Of a DNA stretch of 64,000 nucleotides, positions 50,315 through 59,459 are shown piece after piece. The position numbers were made by a program, and so were the translations under genes. The stretch comes from a virus. The stretch covers positions 22,090 through 86,089 of IMG/VR virus record IMGVR_UViG_3300037086_000458. One strand, written 5' to 3'. Each line of letters begins with the position of its first letter. The first letter of the stretch is position 1. A model generated the notes under the pieces. It did not search any database. It saw only the letters and a list, made by a program, of their open reading frames with translations, and was not told where the DNA came from.

Positions 50315-51579
50315 GAGTCTTACGAGAGAAAACCACGGGCCTTGTGCCCGTGGATGAATCGAGTCATTAAATAGTTTAAAATAAACCTTATATTTTGTGT
50401 AAAACAGAGTATATTACTATCAAATGCGCAAAACCTTTAAATATCGTCTATACCCTACAAGACTTCAGATAACCAAGATGAATAATATCCTGGAACTGAC
50501 TCGTTGGGTATACAATGAAACCCTTGCGCTTCGAAAAAACGCCTGGGAGTCTGAAAAGAAATCCATCTCTTTGTATGATACTGCTAATCATCTTCCTATT
50601 TGGAAATCTCAGAGACCAGAACTTCATGATGTACACTCTCAAATTTTGCAGAATGCTCAAATCAGAGTAGACCTTGCTTTTAAAGCTTTCTGGAAAAGAT
50701 GTAAACAAGGTCAGAAACCAGGATTTCCTCGCTTCAAAGGAAAAGGCTGGTATGACTCTTTTACTTATCCTCAGTCTGGCTTCAGACTTCATCCTGACGG
50801 GGTATATCTTTCTAAGATCGACCGTGTCAAGATTGTTCTTCATAGACCGCTCGAAGGGAAAATTAAAACCTGTACCGTTAAAAAGACTCCTACAGGAAAA
50901 TGGTATGTATATTTTTCCTGTATAGTTGAAACTCCTGAGCCTCTTCCAAAAACTGGTAAGATAGTTGGAATAGATTTGGGTCTTATCACTTATGTTCAAT
51001 GTTCTGATGGGACTAAAATTGATAAGCCTCGATTTTTTAATGAAGAGAAAAAATCTCTTGCTCAGGCCAAGCGGCGTGAGAATATAACTTTTAAAGCCAA
51101 ACATAAAAGAGTTTTGGCTATGATCCACGAGAGGATAAAAAACAAGAGAGAGGATTTTTGTCATAAGACTTCCAAGAAACTTGTAGATAAATATGATTTC
51201 ATTGCTCATGAAGACCTTAACGTTAAAAATCTTATTGAGAAAAAAGAAAATAGTAAAAATATCTCTGATGCCGCTTGGTCTACGCTGATCCAATACATGA
51301 CCGCCAAGGCTGAAAGTGCCGGGCGGATCATAGTAGCAGTAGACCCAAGGGGTACATCTCAGAGATGTTCCCAATGTGGGACTGATGTTCCTAAGAGTCT
51401 TGAAGTTCGAGTACATCATTGTCCTCATTGTGGTTTCAAAACTGGCAGAGATTTAAACTCTGCCTTAGAGATACTCAGACTTGGGATGAAGTCTGTTGAG
51501 CGACCATTGCATCGCCGCAAGGCGTGTGCAGCGGTCTGACTCATGGAAGCCACGGGGCTTGTCCCCGTGGAGCATTCAC
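50315..51579 (+). mobile_element. IS200/IS605-family TnpB-only (IS1341-type) element
   Basis: hairpins CCACGGGC-CTTGT-GCCCGTGG (50333) and CCACGGGG-CTTGT-CCCCGTGG (51550); TTTAT left flank, TCAC right end (boundaries inferred). Confidence 0.8.
50424..51539 (+). CDS. tnpB: RNA-guided endonuclease TnpB
   Basis: FKYRLYP, GFPRFK, GIDLG, HEDL, TSQRCSQCG, CPHCG, RDLNSA. Confidence 0.95.
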   Translation: MRKTFKYRLYPTRLQITKMNNILELTRWVYNETLALRKNAWESEKKSISLYDTANHLPIWKSQRPELHDVHSQILQNAQIRVDLAFKAFWKRCKQGQKPGFPRFKGKGWYDSFTYPQSGFRLHPDGVYLSKIDRVKIVLHRPLEGKIKTCTVKKTPTGKWYVYFSCIVETPEPLPKTGKIVGIDLGLITYVQCSDGTKIDKPRFFNEEKKSLAQAKRRENITFKAKHKRVLAMIHERIKNKREDFCHKTSKKLVDKYDFIAHEDLNVKNLIEKKENSKNISDAAWSTLIQYMTAKAESAGRIIVAVDPRGTSQRCSQCGTDVPKSLEVRVHHCPHCGFKTGRDLNSALEILRLGMKSVERPLHRRKACAAV

Positions 51580-51599
51580 TTTTATGCTATATTAACTAT

Positions 51600-53501
51600 A
51601 TGACAAAACCAGGACCAAAAATCCCAGATATTTCAGATGAGATATTAACTAAGCTCCTTGTAGAGGATAAAAAAACAGATAAGGAAGCTGCAGCTATTTT
51701 AAATGTTAGTAGGAATACTATCGCCAGGTCCCGCAACAGGTTGAATATCCCAATAAAGCCAAAGTGTAAAAAATCAGAGTTCACATCAGAACAGGATGAA
51801 TATTTAAAAAAATTATATATTGAAGAATCAAAAAATGATTATGAAGTGGCAAGTTTGTTACACATAGGAAGAACCCGTTTAATGTGCTGGCGAAGAAAAA
51901 ATAATATTAAATCAAAAACTAATAAAAAAGATCTGCCTAATAATATATGTTCTGAAATCAAATCTAAATTGCAAAATGGAGAAACTTTAACAGTTATAGG
52001 AAAATCTTTAAATGTAAAAGGATATTCTATAGCTCGTTTGTTAAAAAGAAATAATTATGAAACAGGATTTAGTATTAGATCAAGCCCACCAGGTATTCTT
52101 GATTATTCTCTTTCAACTACACAAGAATCTGTATTAATGGGAGAAATGTTTGGGGATGGAGGCCTTGTTAAAGGGGGTCCCGCCACAGCTTATTATCAGT
52201 GTGGGCATAGTATAGAACAGAAAGATTTTGTTAACTGGAAATATGATATTTTTTATCCTTTGAGTTGCAGGAAAAAAGAGAATGCTAACACCATAACTAT
52301 GGCTACATGGTCAAATAAATCTCTTTTTAATTACTGGAAATGGTTTTATCCTACTGGTAGAGGGGATAAGGTTTTATTACCTGAAATGATATCTAAGCTG
52401 GATTGGCTTAGTCTTGCTGTTTGGTTTATGGGTGATGGGGCAAGAGATCGTAAACAAGTAAGATTTTCTGTAGGAAAAGATCAAAATTTAATTCCTGTTG
52501 TAGAATCTATGAATCAAAAATTTGGAAACATGTTTGAAGCTTGCCTGTATGAAAAGGAGTGGTTTTTAAAAATTCGAGATAATGAATCATTTTTTAAAGA
52601 AATATCCCCTTATTTATTACCCTATTTTTCTTATAAGATTCCTTGTGCTACACCTATAATTAATAAACTCAACTCATCAAAAAAATGTCACCAGAAAATA
52701 ATGAAGGAAGAGAAGTTAGAAGCTGATCTTAAAAATTTGTCTTTTGATCCTAAAACTTGCCCTATTGATGAATATATTTTTTCTAAAGAAGATTTTTCTG
52801 ATGAAATCAAAGAATTTTTAAAATCATATGAGTGGCTTAAATCTGTTGGTGTTTCTTCTAAGTGGTGTTTTACAATGCGTTTAAAAGGTCATTTAGCTGG
52901 CGTACAAATACTGAATGAGCCAGCTGCTTATAGTAAATTATTAGACACGGTTAGTATGAAATTAGAATGCCTTGTTCAGAGGGGTTGTACGGTATCATGG
53001 GCACATCAGCATTTAGGGAGTAAGATGTTGATGGCTTCTGTGAATTGGATGGTACAGAATACTGAAAAGAGATTATTTGTTGGATATGCTGATCCGGCTG
53101 CAGCAGAGGTTGGGATAATTTATCAGGCGACAAATTTTAAATATTTAGGGGAAAATTTTGGTGGAAATTGTCTTTACAAGCATCCTACGTATAGAAATGG
53201 AAAAGAGTTTTCGGCCCATTCTTTAAAAAGGACTAGTATTTTTAAGGCTTGGTGCAAACAAAATAGTATCGCTATTGAATCATCTTGGATTAAGTCTAAT
53301 GGATTTAAAGATTTGAAACAGATACCCGTGGACATTAAAAATTCCTGGTATGATTGGGCTAAAAAATTAATATCAGAGTCTGAAAAAATTAAAATTTCTT
53401 TAAAAGGAAAATATGTTTTATTAAGGGGTAGAGATCGACGAGAGCATAAAATTTTAAATTCTTTGTTTAAAGTAAAGACATTCCCTTATCCTAAAAGATA
53501 A
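51600..53501 (+). CDS. HTH-LAGLIDADG homing endonuclease fused to Mom-like (GNAT) DNA-modification domain
   Basis: three HTH-like repeats, GEMFGDG, LAVWFMGDG; C-terminal FVGYAD..EVGIIYQATNFKYLG; start moved to 51600 because 51543 lies inside the IS end. Confidence 0.75.
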   Translation: MTKPGPKIPDISDEILTKLLVEDKKTDKEAAAILNVSRNTIARSRNRLNIPIKPKCKKSEFTSEQDEYLKKLYIEESKNDYEVASLLHIGRTRLMCWRRKNNIKSKTNKKDLPNNICSEIKSKLQNGETLTVIGKSLNVKGYSIARLLKRNNYETGFSIRSSPPGILDYSLSTTQESVLMGEMFGDGGLVKGGPATAYYQCGHSIEQKDFVNWKYDIFYPLSCRKKENANTITMATWSNKSLFNYWKWFYPTGRGDKVLLPEMISKLDWLSLAVWFMGDGARDRKQVRFSVGKDQNLIPVVESMNQKFGNMFEACLYEKEWFLKIRDNESFFKEISPYLLPYFSYKIPCATPIINKLNSSKKCHQKIMKEEKLEADLKNLSFDPKTCPIDEYIFSKEDFSDEIKEFLKSYEWLKSVGVSSKWCFTMRLKGHLAGVQILNEPAAYSKLLDTVSMKLECLVQRGCTVSWAHQHLGSKMLMASVNWMVQNTEKRLFVGYADPAAAEVGIIYQATNFKYLGENFGGNCLYKHPTYRNGKEFSAHSLKRTSIFKAWCKQNSIAIESSWIKSNGFKDLKQIPVDIKNSWYDWAKKLISESEKIKISLKGKYVLLRGRDRREHKILNSLFKVKTFPYPKR

Positions 53502-53522
53502 ATTTAATAATTTTACTTCATC

Positions 53523-53556
53523 AAAAGGCAGAGACCACCAAATCCCTGCCTTTTTT
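53523..53556 (+). terminator. intrinsic terminator
   Basis: AAAAGGCAG...CTGCCTTTTTT. Confidence 0.7.
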
Positions 53557-53579
53557 GTTAACCTTCTAATTTTATATCC

Positions 53580-53777
53580 TTGACTATGAATGAAAAAGTA
53601 TTAGAAAGAGATCTTAATTCTATAGCTTTTAAATATAAAAATATTCCTATGGATTGTGATGTTATAGAACAGTCCTATATAAATGAGATGGCCAATCTTC
53701 TTGTTGATTCATCGGTAGATGGAGAAGAATTTTATTCAATAATGAAATTCTTTAAAACTTTCCAGGAAGATGAGTAA
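53580..53777 (+). CDS. hypothetical protein
   Basis: 65 aa. Confidence 0.45.
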   Translation: MTMNEKVLERDLNSIAFKYKNIPMDCDVIEQSYINEMANLLVDSSVDGEEFYSIMKFFKTFQEDE

Positions 53778-53790
53778 TATCCTTTTAATA
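53775..53790 (+). promoter_or_regulatory. candidate late promoter motif
   Basis: TAATATCCTTTTAATA. Confidence 0.5.
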
Positions 53791-53807
53791 AATCTACCTT
53801 CTATATT

Positions 53808-54497
53808 ATGCTTAAACCAATAGCCTCTCATATCCGTATTGTTTCCGCAAAAATAAAAGAGAAATCTGAAGATGACCGTATTTATGAGGAAATTAAAGAC
53901 GAATATAATGTCACGGTATTACCTGGAAATAAAATAGAAAACGTAAAGAAGCTGTATGAAGCTTTAAAGAAGCTTCCTACGCAGTTAGTAAGAGATTGCA
54001 AAATAGTGACGATGGATTTTAAGGATTTGGGCCCTTCTAAAGAATTCTACCCTAATCACGGTCGATATCAAAGGGGAATCCTTACTTTAAATGAGAGGAT
54101 ACTTAAAGATACTTCTGTGGAAGTAGATAAACAGACTAATAAGAAAGCTACTAAGTTTGAGCATACTTATTATCACGAGTTAGGTCATGGTTTTGATGAA
54201 AAGAAGCATGAGAGAGATAAATGGTTAAGCCTGAAGGATGATTGGCTTGAATTATCAGGGTGGTCTGAAAGCCCTAAACCAGGATATAAAAGATTAATTA
54301 TTAGAGAAGAGGGTGCTCCAGAATTAAAGGGAGAGTGGTATTATTCTCCTGATGCAAAGTTTTCAAGGTTCTATGGTAAGCGTAATCCGTGGGATGACTT
54401 CGCAGACTCTTTTTCGTATATGGTAGCGGGTTTGAAAAGTTATCTGCCTCATAACAAAAGAAAATATTTTGATGATCTTTTAAAAGAATATTATTAG
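53808..54497 (+). CDS. zincin metallopeptidase
   Basis: YHELGHGFD and YGKRNPWDDFADSF. Confidence 0.75.
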   Translation: MLKPIASHIRIVSAKIKEKSEDDRIYEEIKDEYNVTVLPGNKIENVKKLYEALKKLPTQLVRDCKIVTMDFKDLGPSKEFYPNHGRYQRGILTLNERILKDTSVEVDKQTNKKATKFEHTYYHELGHGFDEKKHERDKWLSLKDDWLELSGWSESPKPGYKRLIIREEGAPELKGEWYYSPDAKFSRFYGKRNPWDDFADSFSYMVAGLKSYLPHNKRKYFDDLLKEYY

Positions 54498-54525
54498 AAG
54501 CCATATTTAGATTCACTTTAACATA

Positions 54526-54819
54526 TTGGAGGATTTTATGAAGATTCTGAAGACACTTATTTTGAAGGCAGAGGGTGGTTTTTCTTGGACTAAGTTTTTT
54601 TATTGGGTAACTACAATATGTGGTATAGTAACTCTGCTTCCTGGTGAAATGACACAGTTAGGTTTAACTGTTGCACCAAAAATTCAGCATTTAGTAGTTG
54701 TAGCCGGTATGGTATCTTTTTTGATTGCTGGTATCAGGAATAGGAATGCATCGTCTGTGATACCTGATCCTACACCTGTTGCACCAGCTGAACCTGTAAA
54801 AGAAGAACCTAAAGCTTAA
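54526..54819 (+). CDS. two-TM membrane protein, possible holin
   Basis: two TM segments, Pro-rich tail; GGAGG before ATG at 54538. Confidence 0.45.
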   Translation: MEDFMKILKTLILKAEGGFSWTKFFYWVTTICGIVTLLPGEMTQLGLTVAPKIQHLVVVAGMVSFLIAGIRNRNASSVIPDPTPVAPAEPVKEEPKA

Positions 54820-54832
54820 ATTTTATAATGTA

Positions 54833-54871
54833 TTTGAAGGAAGAGCGTAATGACTCTTCCTTCAATAAAAA
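54833..54871. terminator. hairpin, probable terminator
   Basis: TTGAAGGAAGAG...CTCTTCCTTCAA. Confidence 0.55.
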
Positions 54872-54883
54872 ATTGTATAAATT

Positions 54884-56266
54884 ATGCCTAACATATCAAA
54901 ATATAAAAGTAAGCCTAACTGGATGTCCGACTGTATGAGAATTAATAAAAGTGAAGGCAAAAAAAATGACCAAAGTTTAGCAATCTGTTTGTCCCAATGG
55001 AGACAGAAGCATAGGGGGAAAGATGCATCGGATTATTCTAAATATCTGGAATTTTCTCCAGGTAATGGTTTAGAATATTATGTACTAAGGATACCCAAAG
55101 ATGCCACTCCTCCTAAAGAAGGGGATTCTTTAAAACTAAATGGAGTTGATGTTATAGTCCATTCTGTAAGTACTCCTGATGATATTCGTAAAGGTAGAGG
55201 TGGACCTGCTGCTGATAGCTTAGAAAAGGCAGGCATAGGTTGGGATGTTAATTGTTTGCCTAAAGGTCATAAATGGCTTAAGCAAGCCGGTTACTTTTCT
55301 TCTTTAATGATTAGAATCGCTGATGATTTTCAGGTGGATATAGATAAAGCTAAAGAAGAGGGTCTTCCTTCAGTTTTTCTCGGAGGATATTGTGAGGATG
55401 GTAATAAATGGCGTGAGGAGATAAAAAAAGAGTTCAAGGAAGACTTTTTATTTATAGATCCTTACGATCCAGATTGGGAAGCAGAAGATAATATTTATAA
55501 TGAATTAGCAGCAATTTTAAATGTCGATCATGTTATATTCTACAGAGGCGGAAGAGGTACGGAAAAAGAAAAAGAATTTATGAAGAATACAGACAGTGAC
55601 TATAAAAGCTTTGGTAATTTAAATGAGTTGAAAGATTACTTAAAATCATTATCATTCCGTGTAGCTAAAAAAGCATGTATTTCTGCTTATTTGAGAAAGA
55701 TAGCTTCTCATATAATAGAAGTTAAAAAAATAAGCAAAGTTGCAAAACTAAATGGCTCTTATGATTATTCAAGTTTGCAGATACAGTTACCCGAAGATTT
55801 ATCAGAATCAGTTGTTACTTGGGGTAAAGATAACATCCCTGAGGAGCTCCTTCATAATAATGAGAAAGAAACTAAAGGGCGAGAGGATGATATTCATGTT
55901 ACATTAATTTTTGGTATTGAAAGCCCTGATTATACTGAATCAGAGGAAATATTAGAGAAAGAAAAGTCTTTTGATATTCGATTAGGCCTTGTTACAGCTT
56001 TTAAAGATGATCCAGATTATGATGTTATTAAAATAGATGTTGAATCGTCAAAACTTCATCAACTTCATTATAAATTAAGAGATAAGATTAAAGTTAATAT
56101 AACGCATCCAAGTTATTTTCCTCATATTACTGTTGCGTATGTTAAAAAGGATTCATCAGATAATTTAATAGGTAATGATTTTTTTAGAGGTAAAAAATTT
56201 ATTGTAAGTAATGTTGTATTTAGTTCTAAAAACGGTAATAAAAAAGTTATAGAAATTGGTAGATAA
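54884..56266 (+). CDS. multidomain protein: NDT-like domain plus 2H phosphoesterase (Acb1/T4 57B-like)
   Basis: VFLGG..WRE..FIDP..DW; HVTL and HITV 2H motifs. Confidence 0.7.
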   Translation: MPNISKYKSKPNWMSDCMRINKSEGKKNDQSLAICLSQWRQKHRGKDASDYSKYLEFSPGNGLEYYVLRIPKDATPPKEGDSLKLNGVDVIVHSVSTPDDIRKGRGGPAADSLEKAGIGWDVNCLPKGHKWLKQAGYFSSLMIRIADDFQVDIDKAKEEGLPSVFLGGYCEDGNKWREEIKKEFKEDFLFIDPYDPDWEAEDNIYNELAAILNVDHVIFYRGGRGTEKEKEFMKNTDSDYKSFGNLNELKDYLKSLSFRVAKKACISAYLRKIASHIIEVKKISKVAKLNGSYDYSSLQIQLPEDLSESVVTWGKDNIPEELLHNNEKETKGREDDIHVTLIFGIESPDYTESEEILEKEKSFDIRLGLVTAFKDDPDYDVIKIDVESSKLHQLHYKLRDKIKVNITHPSYFPHITVAYVKKDSSDNLIGNDFFRGKKFIVSNVVFSSKNGNKKVIEIGR

Positions 56267-56310
56267 TATCCGTATCAAATTACATCCAAATTAAATGGAA
56301 GGGGTAGATT

Positions 56311-57450
56311 ATGAGTACCTGTAAGGCAATTGATGAATTTAGAGCCAACTTAGATGGCGGAGTAAATCCAGTTTTGGTTAAGAAGGGGACAGTCTTTACC
56401 TATGATGGAAACTTTATGGAAGTTCAGGGTTCTGATGGTGTTGTAAAAAAAGGCAGTGTCCCGATGCTTAAGAGTCAGTTAAATGAATGGTACATTGAAC
56501 TTGAAGGATCTAAGCCCGTTGTGACAGCTCAGGATGCTCCTCAAGTTGAACCAGTACCTCAGGCTGCTCCTCAGCCCGTTAAGCCTGAAATAGCCCATGC
56601 TAAAGAGGTTGTAGATAGCAGTGCAGTAGGAAGTGATAACCTTGGCGAGCTTATTGAGAAATATGAGATTAAATCAGGTCTTAGGGATAGACCTTCTCCG
56701 ACTATTATAGATGATGATGCTACCATAGTTCGTCAGGTTACAAAAACTGCGGGTGAGAGTAAGACTCGGAATACTTCAGGAGTGCAACTTGAGGATTCTG
56801 AAGTTGGAAAAAGGACCGTAGTGTCTCATGAAGAGCGTCTTGTTAAAACTACTCAATATGCTCCTAATCCAACTGTTGATCCTTCGGAGCCAAGGAAGCA
56901 GCGTACTATAGTACGAGACTCAGAAGGTGTTGTAGTTAAAAAGACTTCTGAGAAAGCTATCTTCAGGAATGAAATACATCAAAATAAGATTGTTGAAAAA
57001 AGTGAAGTTTCTGTTGAAGAGGGTGTTGTTAAAGAAGCTTCTTATGCACAGAATAAACCTACGGATGTTGGTTCAACTACACAAGCCCAGGTAGCTTCTA
57101 AACAGTCTGCTGAAAAAAGAGCAGCTGAAAATATAGCAAAGAGAACAAAGCAGGTTTCCGGAGATCAGGATGGGATAGTAGTTGGAAAGGTTAGAAAAGA
57201 TAAAAGTGTAGAAGTTACAGGGGATGGGTTTGTTTCTAAACTTTCTGTAGGTGTGAATGAAGAAAAAATGGGTGAAGTTGAATTCGGTAATAATTCAGAA
57301 GGCGATATCGATGGGATAATTGGAGGAGATGCTGTTGTTTCCGGAGGCGGGATGATTAATGCAGCGGATGCCTCGGATGAAGGTACTGTTGTTAGCTCTT
57401 CAAGCAAAAACGATGATGTTGATATAGGTGATATCATTGAAGGTATTTAA
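56311..57450 (+). CDS. hypothetical protein with repeated EGxVVK-like motifs
   Basis: 379 aa, low complexity. Confidence 0.6.
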   Translation: MSTCKAIDEFRANLDGGVNPVLVKKGTVFTYDGNFMEVQGSDGVVKKGSVPMLKSQLNEWYIELEGSKPVVTAQDAPQVEPVPQAAPQPVKPEIAHAKEVVDSSAVGSDNLGELIEKYEIKSGLRDRPSPTIIDDDATIVRQVTKTAGESKTRNTSGVQLEDSEVGKRTVVSHEERLVKTTQYAPNPTVDPSEPRKQRTIVRDSEGVVVKKTSEKAIFRNEIHQNKIVEKSEVSVEEGVVKEASYAQNKPTDVGSTTQAQVASKQSAEKRAAENIAKRTKQVSGDQDGIVVGKVRKDKSVEVTGDGFVSKLSVGVNEEKMGEVEFGNNSEGDIDGIIGGDAVVSGGGMINAADASDEGTVVSSSSKNDDVDIGDIIEGI

Positions 57451-57461
57451 AAAGGCTTAAA

Positions 57462-59459
57462 ATGGATACTCTTACAAGAAATGTTATAGGTAGATATTTT
57501 GAAGATGAACAGGATTCTTTAGACCCTACCATTGATAACGTAGATTTTGTTGAGTATCTTAAAAAGAAGAATCACGAGCCTATCCATGATACTACTGAAG
57601 GAGACGCCACTTATAATCCTTATGATTATAAAGATCCGAGTAGTGAAGTAAAGGATATGGGGGATTCTGAAGATTTTACTAAAGACTATCCCTCATATCC
57701 TGCTTTTGGAAAGAAGAAAGTTTTTGATACTGAAGAACCTTTGGGTTATTGGAGAAAAGTACGTAGGGATGATTCAACAGATGATCCACAAGAACAATCT
57801 CCTGCTATGAGTCTTACTAATAGGTATGCTTCATCTGCTCTAAGGGTTATAAAAGCTTTTAATATCCGTATGGCAACACCTTTTATTAAATTAAAAAAGA
57901 ATCTTGGTGGAGCCACTATTAATGTTGGCTTAGAAAAGTTTGACTTTGAATCAATAAAAAAAATTTACGATGATTTAATTTCAAAAAAAACCGTTAAGAT
58001 ACCGAGTGCTCCAGGGGATATTATCCCTAATCCAATAGTAAGAGAGTTTAAGTTGGAAGATATCGACGATACTGTTATAGGTGTTGGAGGGGTGTCAGAC
58101 AGGGATAGATTAATACATAGTCTTGAGGAGATATTAAAAAAACCTAAAGGTAAATTTATATCAGAAAAGTTTCATCCGTTAAAATATGATGAAATGAAAC
58201 ACGAGTATATTTTAAATCCAGAAAAAGCTTATACTGTCAAAGAATCCTCAGTTAATAATGTGATATCTGAATTTCTTATATCACACATGCCTATTATAAC
58301 CACTCTAAACGAGCTCGGTAATTTAGATCATTGTGATTGTTTAAAGACAGCAGCTACCTTAAATGAGATAGTTTCAAAGCATCACCATAAAAATCTTACG
58401 ACAGGTGTGTTGGAATCAAAAGGTGTAAATGTAGATTGGAAGAAGTTTAACAGTCGTGATGGTATGAAAAAAGGTTTTGTAACCTTTAAAGCAAGAAGTC
58501 AGGACTCTGACAATGAACACACAGTTATATTTCAATTTTTGAAAGATGATGAGGAAGATGTAACTAACCCTGATAAAGCTAAAAGCTATGCAGATCTTCC
58601 GGTAGCTCTATCCTGTTCTTGTGAGTCTTTTCTTTACTACGGAGCCCAATGGTATGCCCTTCAGGGGATGTATATGTACATGCCTGCTTTGAGAAGGTCA
58701 GTATTACCTCCCGTATCAGAATCCAGGATATCTCGAGTTTATCCTGGAAAGGGTTTGAATTTCAGGGTATGTAAACATATTCTGGCATGCTATGAAGTGA
58801 TTAAAACCTGGAAAGTCCAAACAGAATTTAAGAGGATGATAAAGTATACTCCTTTGTCTTTGATTGTAAATCCTCAGCAATGGAAGCAATCTTTCGGAAT
58901 GGATTTTTCGTATAAGAGTATTATGAATTATTTAAGAAAACCTACGCCAATTCCAACAGGTATTAAGAGTTTTTTTAAATATAAAAAAGAGACTACGGAT
59001 CAAAGGGATGCTTTAAAAGCTTTGGATGAATATTTTAAAGATAGGTGGGTTAGAAAATCAGTATCTGAAAAATCCCAGGTATTGAAAGCATATATAAATC
59101 ATCCGGAGGAAGTGTTTTATTTTTTGATGAGAGAAGCTATAAGCAAAAACGGAAACATAAATGACAGGTTAGCGAAAGAGGGTATTATACTTATAGCTAA
59201 AACTATAGATCCTAATTATGCCCGGGTCTTGGTAAGCGGCGATTTTGATGCTGTTCCTGGTAAAGTTTCTATAGAGAAGAGTGAAGAAAAAGGAGCCCCT
59301 AAGGATAAAGTTAAAGGGATGCCCCTAATTAAGCCATATAAGGATGAAATTAAACCAGGATCTGAAAGATTTGAAACAAAAAAGCCAGGAAAAGAAGAAG
59401 GTAGGTTTGAAGGTCCTAAGCAAGTTAAGTCCCCATTAAGGAAAAAATTGGATGAATAA
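57462..59459 (+). CDS. putative virion protein with SWIM-type Zn finger
   Basis: LSCSCESF...VCKHILA. Confidence 0.6.
   Translation: MDTLTRNVIGRYFEDEQDSLDPTIDNVDFVEYLKKKNHEPIHDTTEGDATYNPYDYKDPSSEVKDMGDSEDFTKDYPSYPAFGKKKVFDTEEPLGYWRKVRRDDSTDDPQEQSPAMSLTNRYASSALRVIKAFNIRMATPFIKLKKNLGGATINVGLEKFDFESIKKIYDDLISKKTVKIPSAPGDIIPNPIVREFKLEDIDDTVIGVGGVSDRDRLIHSLEEILKKPKGKFISEKFHPLKYDEMKHEYILNPEKAYTVKESSVNNVISEFLISHMPIITTLNELGNLDHCDCLKTAATLNEIVSKHHHKNLTTGVLESKGVNVDWKKFNSRDGMKKGFVTFKARSQDSDNEHTVIFQFLKDDEEDVTNPDKAKSYADLPVALSCSCESFLYYGAQWYALQGMYMYMPALRRSVLPPVSESRISRVYPGKGLNFRVCKHILACYEVIKTWKVQTEFKRMIKYTPLSLIVNPQQWKQSFGMDFSYKSIMNYLRKPTPIPTGIKSFFKYKKETTDQRDALKALDEYFKDRWVRKSVSEKSQVLKAYINHPEEVFYFLMREAISKNGNINDRLAKEGIILIAKTIDPNYARVLVSGDFDAVPGKVSIEKSEEKGAPKDKVKGMPLIKPYKDEIKPGSERFETKKPGKEEGRFEGPKQVKSPLRKKLDE

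Noticed and set aside
50448-51428. 326-aa antisense ORF over tnpB
   Set aside because: Shadow frame; no motifs or RBS, and tnpB explains the region
51543-51599. N-terminal extension of the 652-aa ORF
   Set aside because: Lies in the IS right-end hairpin; ATG 51600 is more plausible
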